Source: Eubacteriales bacterium
Lineage (GTDB): Bacteria > Bacillota > Clostridia > Oscillospirales > CAG-382
DNA: 64,000 bases
Direction: 5' to 3'
Assembly (NCBI GenBank): GCA_050953105.1
Contig: JBMNMA010000009.1
Location: 261,143-325,142, forward strand
Part shown: positions 1 through 10,461 of the stretch, piece by piece
Numbering within the stretch: the stretch's first letter is position 1
How the letters are laid out: each line of letters opens with the position of its first letter
Translations under genes and position numbers: made by a program
Notes under the pieces: generated by a model
The model's input: only the letters and a program-made list of their open reading frames with translations
Databases searched by the model: none
Told to the model about the DNA's origin: nothing

Positions 1-47
1 GAAACTGGGGAACAGGAGTGGGAAACCGATATATTTTTACTTCTTTG

Positions 48-722
48 CTAAGTCACATTACTACCTCCTTCAGAAGAGTTATTTATAAGGGTTTGCTTTA
101 ACTTTTCCATTAAAAGCTCTTCCTTTTTCTTCCTTTGAAGTTTAATTAGCTTCAAAAGATTCAACGTTTCTATAAGGATAAGTAATATACCGGGTACCAT
201 TACCAAAAGAATAAGTCCTGCTTTTGATTTAGCAAAGTTCATGATATTTCCCACAAAGGGTATTGATAAATGAACTTTGCCTAAAATATATTCATTGGGC
301 AGAGGATCCATGTCGTCTATTTCGTTGGCATCCCCTCTAGTGACATAGGTTCTTACATTGCCATCATTTATTTTGACGATACGGTGTGTTACAATAGTCT
401 GCTTGTCACTGGGGCTTATGAAAGTAACAATATCGTTTACTTTTAGCGGTTTATCGCCCGGATGGGATACGATAATTATTGATCCTTTGTGTATGGTAGG
501 CTCCATACTGCCGCCAATAACCGAATACACTTGGTAGTTGCCTATTTTTACCACTTCGCCGGTGGATTTGCTAATTATCGATAGATAGATAATTACGACC
601 AAAAACAGGAAAGCAAATATATACGCCACATTGAATACAATTTTTAACACTTTAGCTGTCCTGGTTTTTTTAAATGCGTTAAACTTGCTCGGAACACGCC
701 TTAGGAGTTTTTCTTCTGCCAT
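48..722 (-). CDS. sipW: Signal peptidase I, S26B/SipW-like
   Basis: N-terminal TM helix, GGSMEPTI catalytic Ser motif, VTHRI His (Ser-His dyad type), TRGDAN..D box, second TM near the C-terminus; AAAGGA RBS. Confidence 0.85.
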   Translation of the reverse strand: MAEEKLLRRVPSKFNAFKKTRTAKVLKIVFNVAYIFAFLFLVVIIYLSIISKSTGEVVKIGNYQVYSVIGGSMEPTIHKGSIIIVSHPGDKPLKVNDIVTFISPSDKQTIVTHRIVKINDGNVRTYVTRGDANEIDDMDPLPNEYILGKVHLSIPFVGNIMNFAKSKAGLILLVMVPGILLILIETLNLLKLIKLQRKKKEELLMEKLKQTLINNSSEGGSNVT

Positions 723-859
723 CAGTCATTGTCCTTTCAGTGTAATGGTAACCGCTTCCATATTCATCGCTGATATTATAGTTCGGCATAATCGATTATT
801 TTGTTTAAATATGGGCGTAAAAAAAATTTTATTTTTTCTACTTTTTTGTTAAAATGTAA

Positions 860-885
860 AAAAAGCACCCTTTTAGGTGCTTTTT
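860..885. terminator. Bidirectional terminator-like hairpin with no obvious upstream gene
   Basis: AAAAAGCACC-CTTTTA-GGTGCTTTTT perfect 10-bp inverted repeat. Confidence 0.5.
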
Positions 886-1041
886 CAGATATTTGTCGAA
901 AAGTTAAGTGCTCAAAAGTCGGTAAGTGTGGCTTAGTTACGATAAAAGGCGGAACAAAGTATTTCACGCCAAATCATAGGTTAAAAATGACTGTGTTTTT
1001 ACCTTTTACCCGTCTGTTTGCATCTTTGCATACCAAAACTC

Positions 1042-1070
1042 TTGACACAAATTACTGATAATGCTATAAT
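1042..1070 (+). promoter_or_regulatory. SigA promoter for 1117..1353
   Basis: TTGACA(1042-47)-17 nt-TATAAT(1065-70) with extended TG. Confidence 0.85.
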
Positions 1071-1116
1071 CAGTTGCTCCAAATCAGTGTGAGAATTATA
1101 AAGAAAGGTATAAAAA

Positions 1117-1353
1117 ATGGAACTTTTACAAAGAATATTTCCCCTGTCATTCGGAAAAAAAGACCTTGCAGGTCTTATAATTACAATATTGATTTATCTG
1201 GTGGTCGGTGCGGTATTAGGAGCCGTCGTCGCCTTTCTTGCAAAAATACCCATTATAGGGTTTATATTTGCTTTAATAGGCTCGCTTATAGGTATTTATA
1301 TTTTCGCTGGACTGGTCATCTTAATTTTGGTTTACCTGAACTTGCTTAGATAA
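1117..1353 (+). CDS. Small hydrophobic membrane protein (2 TM), unknown function
   Basis: 78 aa, almost all hydrophobic; AAGGT RBS; consensus promoter upstream. Confidence 0.75.
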   Translation: MELLQRIFPLSFGKKDLAGLIITILIYLVVGAVLGAVVAFLAKIPIIGFIFALIGSLIGIYIFAGLVILILVYLNLLR

Positions 1354-1389
1354 ATTAAGACTTATGTAACGGCCTGAACAGGCCGGTAT

Positions 1390-1602
1390 TTAACGTCTTT
1401 CGTCGACGGTTTCTGACGTGCGCCGGAACAGAAGGCTTATGCACCACAGCCCGCAAAGGCCGACAAGTGTATATATAATTCTGCTGATTACCGCGCCCTG
1501 ACCGCCGAAAATCCAGGCTACAAGGTCAAACTGGAACAGGCCTATAAGCCCCCAGTTGATTGCACCGATAATAACAAGAACAAGTGAAAATTTGTCAAGC
1601 AT
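1390..1602 (-). CDS. DUF378 family membrane protein
   Basis: LVIIGAINWGLIGLFQFDLVAWIFGG...SRIIYTLVGLCG signature; GAGGAG RBS. Confidence 0.85.
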   Translation of the reverse strand: MLDKFSLVLVIIGAINWGLIGLFQFDLVAWIFGGQGAVISRIIYTLVGLCGLWCISLLFRRTSETVDERR

Positions 1603-1671
1603 GATATTTTCTCCTCTCTGCGTTGATATTTTGTCTAAAATTATAAGGAATATACATTGTGAGGTCCATAA

Positions 1672-2323
1672 ATGAGATTAAGACCCAAAAAAAAACCGTG
1701 AAAAACGGCTGTCGGCCGTATCAGAATACTTTGCTACATTAAACGATGGTAAGCTGGATCTGGAAAAAACCTTTGATGAAAAGAAGGATGTGCTTTTTTT
1801 AGAATTTGGCTGCGGCAAGGGTGAATTTGCCTTACGCCTTTCCCAAAGGCACCCGGAATCTAACATTATTGCCGTCGAAAAGGTTACGGATGTAATAATG
1901 ATGGCAATGGAAAAGGCATGTCGGGAGGAATGCCGGAATCTTAAATTTTTAAGTCTGGATATTGAAACAATAACCGATGTTTTTCCCGAAAAATGCGCCG
2001 ATGCCATTTACATTAACTTCTGCGACCCGTGGCCAAGGAAAAAACACGCCAAGCGCCGCCTTACAAGCCCCGCTTTTCTTGAAAGATATAAAAAGCTGCT
2101 AAAGGACAGCGGTTGTATTTATTTTAAAACCGATAACATCGGATTATTCGAATATTCGCTGGAAACATTTGCCGCTTGCGGTTATATTTTACGGAATGTA
2201 TGCTTTGACCTTCACAATGACGAAATTTTAAGTAAAGACAACATTCAGACCGAGTATGAGAAAAACTTTTCCGCAAAAGGCTTTAGGATAAATTATCTTG
2301 AAGCAAGATTATCCCAAGACTGA
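1672..2323 (+). CDS. trmB: tRNA (guanine-N7)-methyltransferase TrmB, frameshifted in an A9 run at 1687-1695
   Basis: LEFGCGKG SAM motif, AVEK, NFCDPWPRKKHAKRRLT, FKTDN, TEYE. ATG at 1672 behind GAGGT reads MRLRPKKKP-stop; removing one A gives MRLRPKKNREKRL... in frame with the 1790 ORF. Confidence 0.9.
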
Positions 2324-2347
2324 CGGAGAAGGTTATAATGGATACGC

Positions 2348-2373
2348 AAAAAACCCGCCAAAGGCGGGTTTTT
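2348..2373. terminator. Bidirectional intrinsic terminator between trmB and murE
   Basis: AAAAAACCCGCC-AAA-GGCGGGTTTTT. Confidence 0.85.
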
Positions 2374-2391
2374 ATTTGTTTTTGTTATTTT

Positions 2392-3843
2392 TTATAACCC
2401 TAAAAAATCGGTTACGATTTTTCTTTCGTCAAAGGGATATTTTACCCCCTCGATTTCTTCATAACCCTGGTGGCCTTTTCCGATAATAAGGATAATATCA
2501 TCTCTTTTTGCGTTTTTTAGGCAATATTCTATTGCCTCTTTGCGGTCTTTTATAACCTTTACTTCGCCCATAGGGGATGTAATGCCCTGCATAATGTCGC
2601 TTATAATATCGTCAAGCTTTTCAAACCGGGGGTTGTCGGAGGTAACCACCGCAACATCAGAATTTTTTGTAACAATGTCCCCCATGGTATAACGGCGCAA
2701 CTTTGACCGGTTGCCGCCACAGCCGAAAACCGTCCAAACCTTTCCGTTGCGGTAGGGAGAAATGGTTTCATACAATGTCTTAACAGAAAGCTCGTTGTGG
2801 GCATAGTCGATTATTATCGAAAATCCTAAAGGGGAATTGATTATTTCGTTTCTCCCCTTTACGGATATTGACTCAAGCCCCTCTTTAATTATATCATCAC
2901 TAACACCCAGATAGGAGCAAACCGCACCGGCGCAAACCGAGTTATACACACCCGCAATACCAGGGTAGGGAACAGACAAACTTATTTTTTTGCCGCCATG
3001 ACAAAAGTCAAAAGCCGACACAAGTTTTCCTGCGTTTTTGGCATAAACTATATCGGATGCATAGTAGTCAAAGCTGTCTTTTAAACCGAAATCAAATACT
3101 TTACATTTGGCGTTATCCTTCATATAGCCGCTTTCACCGTCGTCGGTATTGAAAAATCCGGCTTTGCAGGCTGAAAACAGCATTCTTTTGCAGTTTCGAT
3201 ATTCCTCATAGTCCTTATGCTCCCCGTCACCGATATGGTCGGGGGAAAGGTTGGTGAAAACACCCACATCAAACACCATGCCGAATGTCCGGTCATGCTT
3301 AAAGCCCTGGGAGGAGGTTTCCATAACCGCCACGTCTATTCCGCTGTCAACCATCTCCCGCAGATATTTGTGTATAAGATAGCTTTCGGGAGTGGAGTTG
3401 TCGCATTTATACAGCTTGTCACCGGTGGCAATGCCTATGGTGCCTATAATCCCCACCTTTTTCCCCGCTTTTTGTAAGATGGACGAAATCATATAGGCAG
3501 TAGATGTTTTACCCTTAGTGCCGGTGAGGGCAATGGTGAGCAGCTTTGATGCCGGATGGGAAAAGAAGTTTGCAGACATTAAGGCAAGAAGCTGCCTGGT
3601 GTTGGAGTGCTTTATTATAATCGCATCGGAGGGAAGGGAAATATCGTCTTGAGCACAAAACACCCTGCAGCCCTTATTGTAGGCGTCGGCAGCGTATTTA
3701 TGCCCGTCGGCCTCGTGGCCTTTAAGGCAGACAAAAACCGTATCTTTGGCAGCCTTGCGGGAATCGTAGCAGATATCGGATATTTCCGTGTCGGGAAAAG
3801 CAAGGGAAACACCGGTGTTATGTAAAATTTCGTATAAACGCAT
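2392..3843 (-). CDS. murE: UDP-MurNAc-Ala-Glu:meso-DAP ligase
   Basis: GTKGKTST P-loop, DYAHN, FGCGGNR, DNPR (meso-DAP recognition), GKGH. Likely start ATG 3843 behind AGGAG. Confidence 0.92.
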   Translation of the reverse strand: MRLYEILHNTGVSLAFPDTEISDICYDSRKAAKDTVFVCLKGHEADGHKYAADAYNKGCRVFCAQDDISLPSDAIIIKHSNTRQLLALMSANFFSHPASKLLTIALTGTKGKTSTAYMISSILQKAGKKVGIIGTIGIATGDKLYKCDNSTPESYLIHKYLREMVDSGIDVAVMETSSQGFKHDRTFGMVFDVGVFTNLSPDHIGDGEHKDYEEYRNCKRMLFSACKAGFFNTDDGESGYMKDNAKCKVFDFGLKDSFDYYASDIVYAKNAGKLVSAFDFCHGGKKISLSVPYPGIAGVYNSVCAGAVCSYLGVSDDIIKEGLESISVKGRNEIINSPLGFSIIIDYAHNELSVKTLYETISPYRNGKVWTVFGCGGNRSKLRRYTMGDIVTKNSDVAVVTSDNPRFEKLDDIISDIMQGITSPMGEVKVIKDRKEAIEYCLKNAKRDDIILIIGKGHQGYEEIEGVKYPFDERKIVTDFLGL

Positions 3844-3844
3844 T

Positions 3845-4702
3845 TTAATTCTCCTCAACCAGTTTGTCGTCGATATACCCGTCAAAGACTATCTCGGTTT
3901 TTCCCGTCATGGTTATGGTGTTGTCAGCGGGGTCGTAGTCTATATGAACTATGCCGCCCCGTTGGTGAACGTCCACCGAATTGGCTGTCTTTCCGGCAAG
4001 GATGGCGGAATAAACGGCGGTGGAGCAGCCTGTGGCGCAGGCTAAAGTTTCACCGCAGTTGCGCTCCCATGCCCGCATATTTATATTATGGCGGTCCACT
4101 ACTTCATAGAAATGGATATTAGCCTTGTTTGGGAAAATTTTATCATTTTCAAGGGCGGGACCGTATTTTTCAATGTCAAGGTTGAACACATCTTCGGTTT
4201 CTACACCGCAATGGGGGTTGCCGAAAGAAAGGGCGGTAAGCCGGAATACCTTATCGATAACTTTATACTCATAACCCACAAGGGTATTTTCTTTATTTGT
4301 AACCGTTACCGGTATTTTATCCCCGTCAAGCACAGGCTGGCCTATATTTGCCGAAACATTGACAACCTCGCCGTTTTCAACCCAAAGGTGAACTTTTTTT
4401 ATACCGCCTAAGGTTTCTACCGTAAAATCTGTTTTATCGGTATAGCCTTTGGCATAAGCAAACTTGCCCACTGATCTTAGTCCGTTGCCGCACATTTCGG
4501 CTTCGGATCCGTCGGGGTTGAAAACCCGCATTCTGAAATCGGCTACATCCGAAGGGCAGATTAGTATCATACCGTCACTCCCCACACCTTTGTGCCGGTC
4601 TGACACAAAGACTGCCCATTTAGAGGGGTTATTCATTGACTGGTCTATAAGGGAAATATACACATAATCGTTGCCGTAGGCCTGCATTTTTGTAAATTTC
4701 AT
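3845..4702 (-). CDS. dapF: Diaminopimelate epimerase
   Basis: MKFTKMQAYGNDY, SEAEMCGNG, GNPH, ERNCGETLACATG. Confidence 0.93.
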   Translation of the reverse strand: MKFTKMQAYGNDYVYISLIDQSMNNPSKWAVFVSDRHKGVGSDGMILICPSDVADFRMRVFNPDGSEAEMCGNGLRSVGKFAYAKGYTDKTDFTVETLGGIKKVHLWVENGEVVNVSANIGQPVLDGDKIPVTVTNKENTLVGYEYKVIDKVFRLTALSFGNPHCGVETEDVFNLDIEKYGPALENDKIFPNKANIHFYEVVDRHNINMRAWERNCGETLACATGCSTAVYSAILAGKTANSVDVHQRGGIVHIDYDPADNTITMTGKTEIVFDGYIDDKLVEEN

Positions 4703-4860
4703 ATTATCCTCGCCATATACGCTGTTAGGTTTATGATATAAATTATACTAATGAATTTTAATAATGCAATGTTTTTTCGGTTGACTATTGTTAATTTATA
4801 TGATATAATTTCCAAAAATAAATGTTTTTTTAGTGAAACTGAAGGGGGCGAAGGGTTTTT

Positions 4861-5445
4861 ATGGACGGTGATTTTTTCGCCTTAATGTTTCGCATGAAAT
4901 ACATAAGCCGCTGGGGTCTTATGCGTCAGTTAAGACAGGAAAACCTTTCGGAACATTCCCTTGAATGCGCCATCCTTGCCCATTCCCTTGCGGTTATAGG
5001 AAATAAAATATTCGGAAAAAACTATGACCCGGCTGCGGTTGCGTTAAAGGCAATGTATCATGACGCACCCGAAATTATAACCGGTGACATGCCCACCCCG
5101 GTAAAATATTTTGATGAATCCACCCGTTCTGCCTACAAAGCGGTGGAATCCCACGCCATAGACCGTTTTATATCATTACTGCCCGACAATTTCAAACCTG
5201 AATACGAATCATTATTTAGATATACCGACGACGAGAAAAAGCTTATAAAGTCTGCCGACAAGCTTTGCGCCTATATAAAATGCCTTGAGGAAACAAATTT
5301 GGGAAACAACGAATTTCAATCGGCTCTTTCCTCTACAAAGACGATTATTGATAATTTACAATGCGAAGAGCTAAACTACTTTATGGCCAATTACGTGTCG
5401 TCCTTTAACAAGTCCCTTGATGAACTGCAAAATAAAGATATTTAA
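4861..5445 (+). CDS. yfbR: 5'-deoxynucleotidase, YfbR-like HD protein
   Basis: RMKYISRWGLMR, ENLSEHS, YHDAPEIITGDMPTPVKY, ADKLCAY. Confidence 0.88.
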   Translation: MDGDFFALMFRMKYISRWGLMRQLRQENLSEHSLECAILAHSLAVIGNKIFGKNYDPAAVALKAMYHDAPEIITGDMPTPVKYFDESTRSAYKAVESHAIDRFISLLPDNFKPEYESLFRYTDDEKKLIKSADKLCAYIKCLEETNLGNNEFQSALSSTKTIIDNLQCEELNYFMANYVSSFNKSLDELQNKDI

Positions 5446-5463
5446 TCATAAAGGAGATTCAAA

Positions 5464-6246
5464 ATGAAAATAGGAATTATATCCGATTCTTTCCGTCTTC
5501 CCTTTGCCGAAAGCGTTAAAAGGGCAGCATCCCTCGGTGCAAAGGGCATACAGAAATATATGACCTACGGGGAATTTGCCACGGAAAATCTGACACCTGC
5601 CAAAATTGCCGAAATTAAAGACATTATGGATTCCAACGGTCTTGTGTTCTCGGCAATCTGCGGTGATTTCGGCTGGGGCTTTGCCCATCCTCAAATAGTC
5701 GACAAAACAAAAGCGGTGCTTGAGAAGGCCAAGGAACTAGGCTGCTCCATCGTTACCTCCCATATCGGCAAGGTTCCCGAAGACAACCAGGAAAAGCTTT
5801 ACCTTATGCAGTCGAATTCGGTTAAAATAGCCGAATACGCCGCAAGTATAGGTTCATTCATAGCGTCTGAAACCGGCCCCGAAAAGGCTCCTGCGTTAAA
5901 GAAATTCCTCGACTCTCTGGGGGTTTCCGGCGGTATTGCGGTTAACCTTGACCCGGCCAATCTGGTAATGGTGGCAGGGGATGACCCGGTGCAGGCAGTA
6001 TATGTGCTTAAAGACTATATTGTCCACACCCACGCCAAGGACGGCATAAAGAAACCCGACGGATCCTGGCAGGAGGTTCCCTTAGGCACCGGCGGTGTTG
6101 ACTGGGATAACTATCTCAAAGCACTGAATGATATCGGATATAAAGGCTATCTAACCATTGAAAGGGAAGTCGGTGAAGATCCCGCGGCGGATATCAAGCT
6201 GGCCGTTGACTTCCTTACCGAAAAGCTTTCCAAGGTTAACGCATAG
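5464..6246 (+). CDS. Sugar phosphate isomerase/epimerase (xylose isomerase-like TIM barrel)
   Basis: ETGPE, NLDPANL, HTHAKDG, VPLGTG.VDW, TIERE metal-binding motifs. Confidence 0.88.
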   Translation: MKIGIISDSFRLPFAESVKRAASLGAKGIQKYMTYGEFATENLTPAKIAEIKDIMDSNGLVFSAICGDFGWGFAHPQIVDKTKAVLEKAKELGCSIVTSHIGKVPEDNQEKLYLMQSNSVKIAEYAASIGSFIASETGPEKAPALKKFLDSLGVSGGIAVNLDPANLVMVAGDDPVQAVYVLKDYIVHTHAKDGIKKPDGSWQEVPLGTGGVDWDNYLKALNDIGYKGYLTIEREVGEDPAADIKLAVDFLTEKLSKVNA

Positions 6247-6335
6247 GAAGATAAAAGAGAAGAGTAAAGAGTAAAGAGAAAAGGTAAAAAACTTCGGTTT
6301 TTTATCATTTCATTTAAACTTGTAAGGATAAAACT

Positions 6336-7187
6336 ATGTATAAAACCGATTTAACGGGTAAAGTTGCGGTGGTAACCGGCGGCGGAGGGGTGCTTTGCTC
6401 TGAATTTTCATTAGCCCTTGCCGAATGCGGTGCCAAAATTGCAGTTTTGGATTTATATGAGGAGCAGGCAAGAGCAACCGCCGATAAAATAAATCAAAGC
6501 GGGGGTTTTGCCGTACCCTATGCCTGCGATGTGCTTAAAAAAGAAAATATAATTGAGGTTAAAGATAAAATTATAGCCGATTTCGGCAGGGTGGATATTT
6601 TAATAAACGGCGCAGGGGGAAATTCCCCCAAAGCCACCACCGACAACGAATATCTGTCGGAGTCCGACCTTGAAAGCAAAGAGGGAAGTGAAGGCAAAAG
6701 CTTTTTCGACCTCACCCCGGATGGATTCAACTTTGTTTTTAACCTGAATATTTTAGGCACCCTGCTGCCTACTCAGGTGTTTGCCGAAACAATGGCAAAA
6801 ACCGGCGGGGGAAGCGTTATAAACATTTCGTCAATGAACGCATACCGCCCCCTTACCAAGATTCCCGCCTATTCGGCGGCAAAGGCAGGGGTTTCAAACC
6901 TTACCATGTGGCTTGCCGTCCATTTTTCAAAAATCAACATCCGGGTAAACGCCATTGCCCCCGGCTTTTTCGTAACAAAGCAAAACGAAGCATTGTTGTT
7001 TGACAAAGAAGGCAATCCCACCGACAGGACAAGGAAGATCCTTGCTGCCACCCCCATGGGGCGGTTCGGCAACCCCTCCGAACTTATCGGTGCACTGCTG
7101 TTTTTGTGTGACGAAAAAGCGTCGTCCTTTGTCAACGGGGTAATATTACCGGTTGACGGCGGTTTTTCTGCCTATTCCGGCGTTTAG
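6336..7187 (+). CDS. SDR oxidoreductase, D-mannonate oxidoreductase (UxuB-like) type
   Basis: TGGGGVL Rossmann motif, NGAGGN, YSAAK catalytic motif, NAIAPG, LPVDGG. Confidence 0.88.
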   Translation: MYKTDLTGKVAVVTGGGGVLCSEFSLALAECGAKIAVLDLYEEQARATADKINQSGGFAVPYACDVLKKENIIEVKDKIIADFGRVDILINGAGGNSPKATTDNEYLSESDLESKEGSEGKSFFDLTPDGFNFVFNLNILGTLLPTQVFAETMAKTGGGSVINISSMNAYRPLTKIPAYSAAKAGVSNLTMWLAVHFSKINIRVNAIAPGFFVTKQNEALLFDKEGNPTDRTRKILAATPMGRFGNPSELIGALLFLCDEKASSFVNGVILPVDGGFSAYSGV

Positions 7188-7268
7188 TTAGGGAAAATAT
7201 TTACTGTCTGTCTTGCGGTTTATATCGTTCCATAACGGTTAAAATATTATCATAAAGAGGAGATTGTT

Positions 7269-8810
7269 ATGAAAAAGCTACTGTGCCTTATGCTGGTAGT
7301 TTTGCTCTGTGCCGCTATGTTTGCCGCATGCACTGACAATGGCGATACAGATGAAAGCAAAGCCGACCAGTCAACACCAACCCAAAGCGAAAATTCCGAA
7401 AACCAATCCAAGGAGGTGTCGGATACCTCCAACCCCGACGACGACCCATATCTGGGACAGGACGGGATTTATAGGATAACCAACCAAATTATCGACTGGG
7501 AAGAAAGGGAATTTGCCGTAATTGTCCGCGGTGTCGGCGCCGGAACCTACCAGTCGGACGACTTTACCACGGGAAGCGAACTTTACGGTGACACCCTTGA
7601 CAACGCCGTAACCCAGCGTAACCAGGTTATCGAAGAAAAATACAACGTTAAAATCAAAGTTTACAAAAGCGACCTGACCGGTTCGGACCCGATTTTATCG
7701 AATATAAGAAGTGCCATAGAATCAGGCCTTAACACCTATGACGCAGTAATGCCTGCTATACCCGGTCTGACAGTGTTGGCACTTGAGGGAGGTCTGTATG
7801 ACCTTACCCAGTTCGATTATATTAACCTTGACGCTCCCTGGTATGACAAGGACGCCAACGAAACCTTTTCGATAGGCAACAAGCTGTTCTTCACCACCGG
7901 TGACATTACAATTCTAAACAAGGTTTGCTCAATCAGCATGCTTTTCAACAAGCAGCTTATTGAAACCTACGGCCTTGATAATCCTTACGATCTGGTTAAA
8001 GAGCATAAGTGGACCTATGACAAAGTTATACAGATGGCTAAAGCTGTCACCAAGGATACAGACGGCGAAGCCGGAATGTCCACCAAGGATACCTGGGGTA
8101 TGCTTGCCGCCCATATGGATGCTCTTAACTTCTACGGCGCTGCCGGACAAAAACTCTGCCTTAAAGATTCCGACGACTTCCCCTATCTTGCCTTCGGTGA
8201 TGAAACCACCTTTACTATTGCTCAAAAAATTATAAACGACATGATTGAAGCTGGGACATGGGTTGTTTACGCCCAGGACTTTGAAGATCCCATCTGGGTA
8301 ACATCTCTGGATGCATTTAAAGAGGGAAGAATACTGTTCAGGCCATCGGGTTTCTCGGCCACCACTAAGCTGCGTCTTGCCGGCACCGACTTCGGCATAG
8401 TTCCCATGCCTTTATGGAACGAAAATCAGGACGAATACTACACCTTCTGCGGCACCGGTGAAGTTGCCGGGGTTGCTATTCCCGCCTGCGCTGCCGATCC
8501 TGAATTTTCGGCCTATATGATTGAGGCTATATCCTGTGAATCCAAAAACTATATCACTCCTGCATACGTTGAAATCAACCTTAAGGGTAAGGACGTTCAG
8601 GACGACGAAAGCCTTGAAATGCTGAATATAATTTTCGCCAACATCACCTACGATACCGGCGAAATCTACCGTTTCGGTGGCATCAACACATTGTTCGCCG
8701 ACCTTGTAAAGAACAAGCAAAACACTTTAAGGTCGGAATACGACTCAAGGCTTAACAAGATAGAGGATGCCATTGACGAGCTTATAGACAGCTATCTTTC
8801 ACAAAATTAA
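7269..8810 (+). CDS. Extracellular solute-binding lipoprotein (family 1-like), no adjacent permease
   Basis: Lipobox FAAC, acidic linker, KWTYDKVI, FKEGRILF, DFGIVPMPLW SBP motifs. Confidence 0.75.
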   Translation: MKKLLCLMLVVLLCAAMFAACTDNGDTDESKADQSTPTQSENSENQSKEVSDTSNPDDDPYLGQDGIYRITNQIIDWEEREFAVIVRGVGAGTYQSDDFTTGSELYGDTLDNAVTQRNQVIEEKYNVKIKVYKSDLTGSDPILSNIRSAIESGLNTYDAVMPAIPGLTVLALEGGLYDLTQFDYINLDAPWYDKDANETFSIGNKLFFTTGDITILNKVCSISMLFNKQLIETYGLDNPYDLVKEHKWTYDKVIQMAKAVTKDTDGEAGMSTKDTWGMLAAHMDALNFYGAAGQKLCLKDSDDFPYLAFGDETTFTIAQKIINDMIEAGTWVVYAQDFEDPIWVTSLDAFKEGRILFRPSGFSATTKLRLAGTDFGIVPMPLWNENQDEYYTFCGTGEVAGVAIPACAADPEFSAYMIEAISCESKNYITPAYVEINLKGKDVQDDESLEMLNIIFANITYDTGEIYRFGGINTLFADLVKNKQNTLRSEYDSRLNKIEDAIDELIDSYLSQN

Positions 8811-8832
8811 AATAAATTTCCGCAATAAATAG

Positions 8833-8859
8833 CAAAACCGCCGGTTAACGGCGGTTTTG
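8833..8859. terminator. Bidirectional terminator
   Basis: CAAAACCGCC-GGTTAAC-GGCGGTTTTG between convergent genes. Confidence 0.85.
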
Positions 8860-8893
8860 TTATGCATAAAATTTTTAAAAGTTATACTGAAAA

Positions 8894-9445
8894 TTACTTG
8901 CCTTCGTATGCGGAAGGTTTTAATACGCCTACATAGGGAAGATTTCTGTAATTTTCGGCAAAATCAAGGCCGTAACCAACCACGAATTCGTTGGGAATGG
9001 TTATCCCTACATAGTCGGCTTTAATGTCGGCCATGCGGCGTTCGGGCTTGTCCAACAGAGTGCAGATTTTAAGGCTTTTGGCACCACGATTTAAAAGCAG
9101 CTTTTTAAGGTGGAAAAGGGTGTTACCCGAATCGATGATATCCTCGACTATAAGTACATCATAGCCGCCGACAGGACGTTTAAGGTCTAGCTCTATCTTA
9201 ACGTCACCTGTAGAAGATGAGGAATTGCCATAGGATGACACGCACATAAAGTCCAGGTGGCATTTAAGGTCTATGTGACGCATAAGGTCAGACATAAATA
9301 CAACGCAACCCTTGAGGATACCCACCAGCAATAAATTTTTGCCTTCATACTCTTTGGTGATTATTCCGCCGAGCTTTTTAACGCATTCCTGTATTTCATC
9401 TTCGGATATTAAAACCCTCTCAATGTTTTCTTCTAAAACGGACAT
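8894..9445 (-). CDS. hpt: Hypoxanthine phosphoribosyltransferase
   Basis: [25 protein letters not shown] motif, FVVGYGLD. Confidence 0.95.
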   Translation of the reverse strand: MSVLEENIERVLISEDEIQECVKKLGGIITKEYEGKNLLLVGILKGCVVFMSDLMRHIDLKCHLDFMCVSSYGNSSSSTGDVKIELDLKRPVGGYDVLIVEDIIDSGNTLFHLKKLLLNRGAKSLKICTLLDKPERRMADIKADYVGITIPNEFVVGYGLDFAENYRNLPYVGVLKPSAYEGK

Positions 9446-9630
9446 ATTGACCCCCGGAAAAAATTTTTGTATATTTTACTACAATATTTAATGTTTGTCA
9501 ACATTGACATGTCGAAAATAGAGATTTTAAATAAATAAGCAAAAATATATTGATTTTTAGGCAAAAGTAGTGTAAAATGCCAGTGCTGATAAAATGGTCA
9601 AATAGGTATTTTTACCGGAAAGGATGAGAA

Positions 9631-10026
9631 ATGACACTGCAAACTCTGTTGAACGAGGCGGATGTATTTTCAAAGTCAGGTTATTCCATGATGCCTGAAA
9701 ACGCCTCATTAGCCGACCGCTTGTTATACGGTCTAAAAGTTGCCGTAATCGGAATAGCGGTCGTATTCATCGTTCTAATCCTCCTTTGGTTTATTCTTGC
9801 TGTATTCAGGAAGATTTCCGAAAGGAGCATCAAGGAGGGATCAGGCAAAGCGCCTGAGGAAAACCAGGTCGTATCACCCCAGGCGGCAGGTGTAGCACCC
9901 ACCGCATCAGCCACAGACGAACCCGACGAAGAAACGGTTGTTGTCCTTGCCACAGCTGCCATAGCAGCAATGAGAAATTCAAAGGACGCCGCTTTTAAAG
10001 TGATTTCTGTTAAAAAACTGCAATAA
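9631..10026 (+). CDS. oadG: OadG-family (gamma) subunit of Na+-transporting decarboxylase
   Basis: Single TM (IGIAVVFIVLILLWFIL), Ala/Pro linker, VVVLATAAIAA motif; first gene of the decarboxylase cluster. Confidence 0.75.
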   Translation: MTLQTLLNEADVFSKSGYSMMPENASLADRLLYGLKVAVIGIAVVFIVLILLWFILAVFRKISERSIKEGSGKAPEENQVVSPQAAGVAPTASATDEPDEETVVVLATAAIAAMRNSKDAAFKVISVKKLQ

Positions 10027-10037
10027 GGAGTTAAAAA

Positions 10038-10430
10038 ATGAAGAAATATATAATTACAATAAACGGAGTTAAATACGAAGTGGCGGTTGAAGACGCCGAT
10101 CCCAATGCTACCTATGTTCCTGCCGAACCCAAGAAGGAAGAACCCAAGGCTGCTCCCGCAGTTAAGAACGAACAGCCTGCCGCACCCGAAAAGAAAGCTG
10201 CCCCCGCTCCCACCGGAGACGGCACCAAGGTCAATGCCCCCCTTCCCGGCAGCATTCTCAAAGTTCCCGTTAAAGTCGGCGACACTGTTAAGAAGGGCGA
10301 ACTGCTTTGCATACTCGAAGCCATGAAAATGGAAAATGAAATAATGTCCCCTGTTGACGGAAAAATCACCCATGCAATCAGCACCGGTGCTTCGGTTAAT
10401 ACCGGTGAGCTGCTGTTTGTGATTGCATAA
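10038..10430 (+). CDS. Biotin carboxyl carrier protein
   Basis: MKKYIITINGVKYEVAVE, AP-rich linker, LEAMKMENEI biotinylation motif. Confidence 0.92.
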   Translation: MKKYIITINGVKYEVAVEDADPNATYVPAEPKKEEPKAAPAVKNEQPAAPEKKAAPAPTGDGTKVNAPLPGSILKVPVKVGDTVKKGELLCILEAMKMENEIMSPVDGKITHAISTGASVNTGELLFVIA

Positions 10431-10461
10431 TATTAAAAATATTTTGAAAAGGTGATTTATT

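Noticed and set aside
6250-6295. AGAGTAAAGAGTAAAGAG purine-rich short repeat
   Set aside because: Low-complexity spacer, two copies only; not CRISPR or iteron-like
8894-9445. hpt separated from the usual tilS-hpt-ftsH cluster
   Set aside because: Simple rearrangement with no functional implication visible
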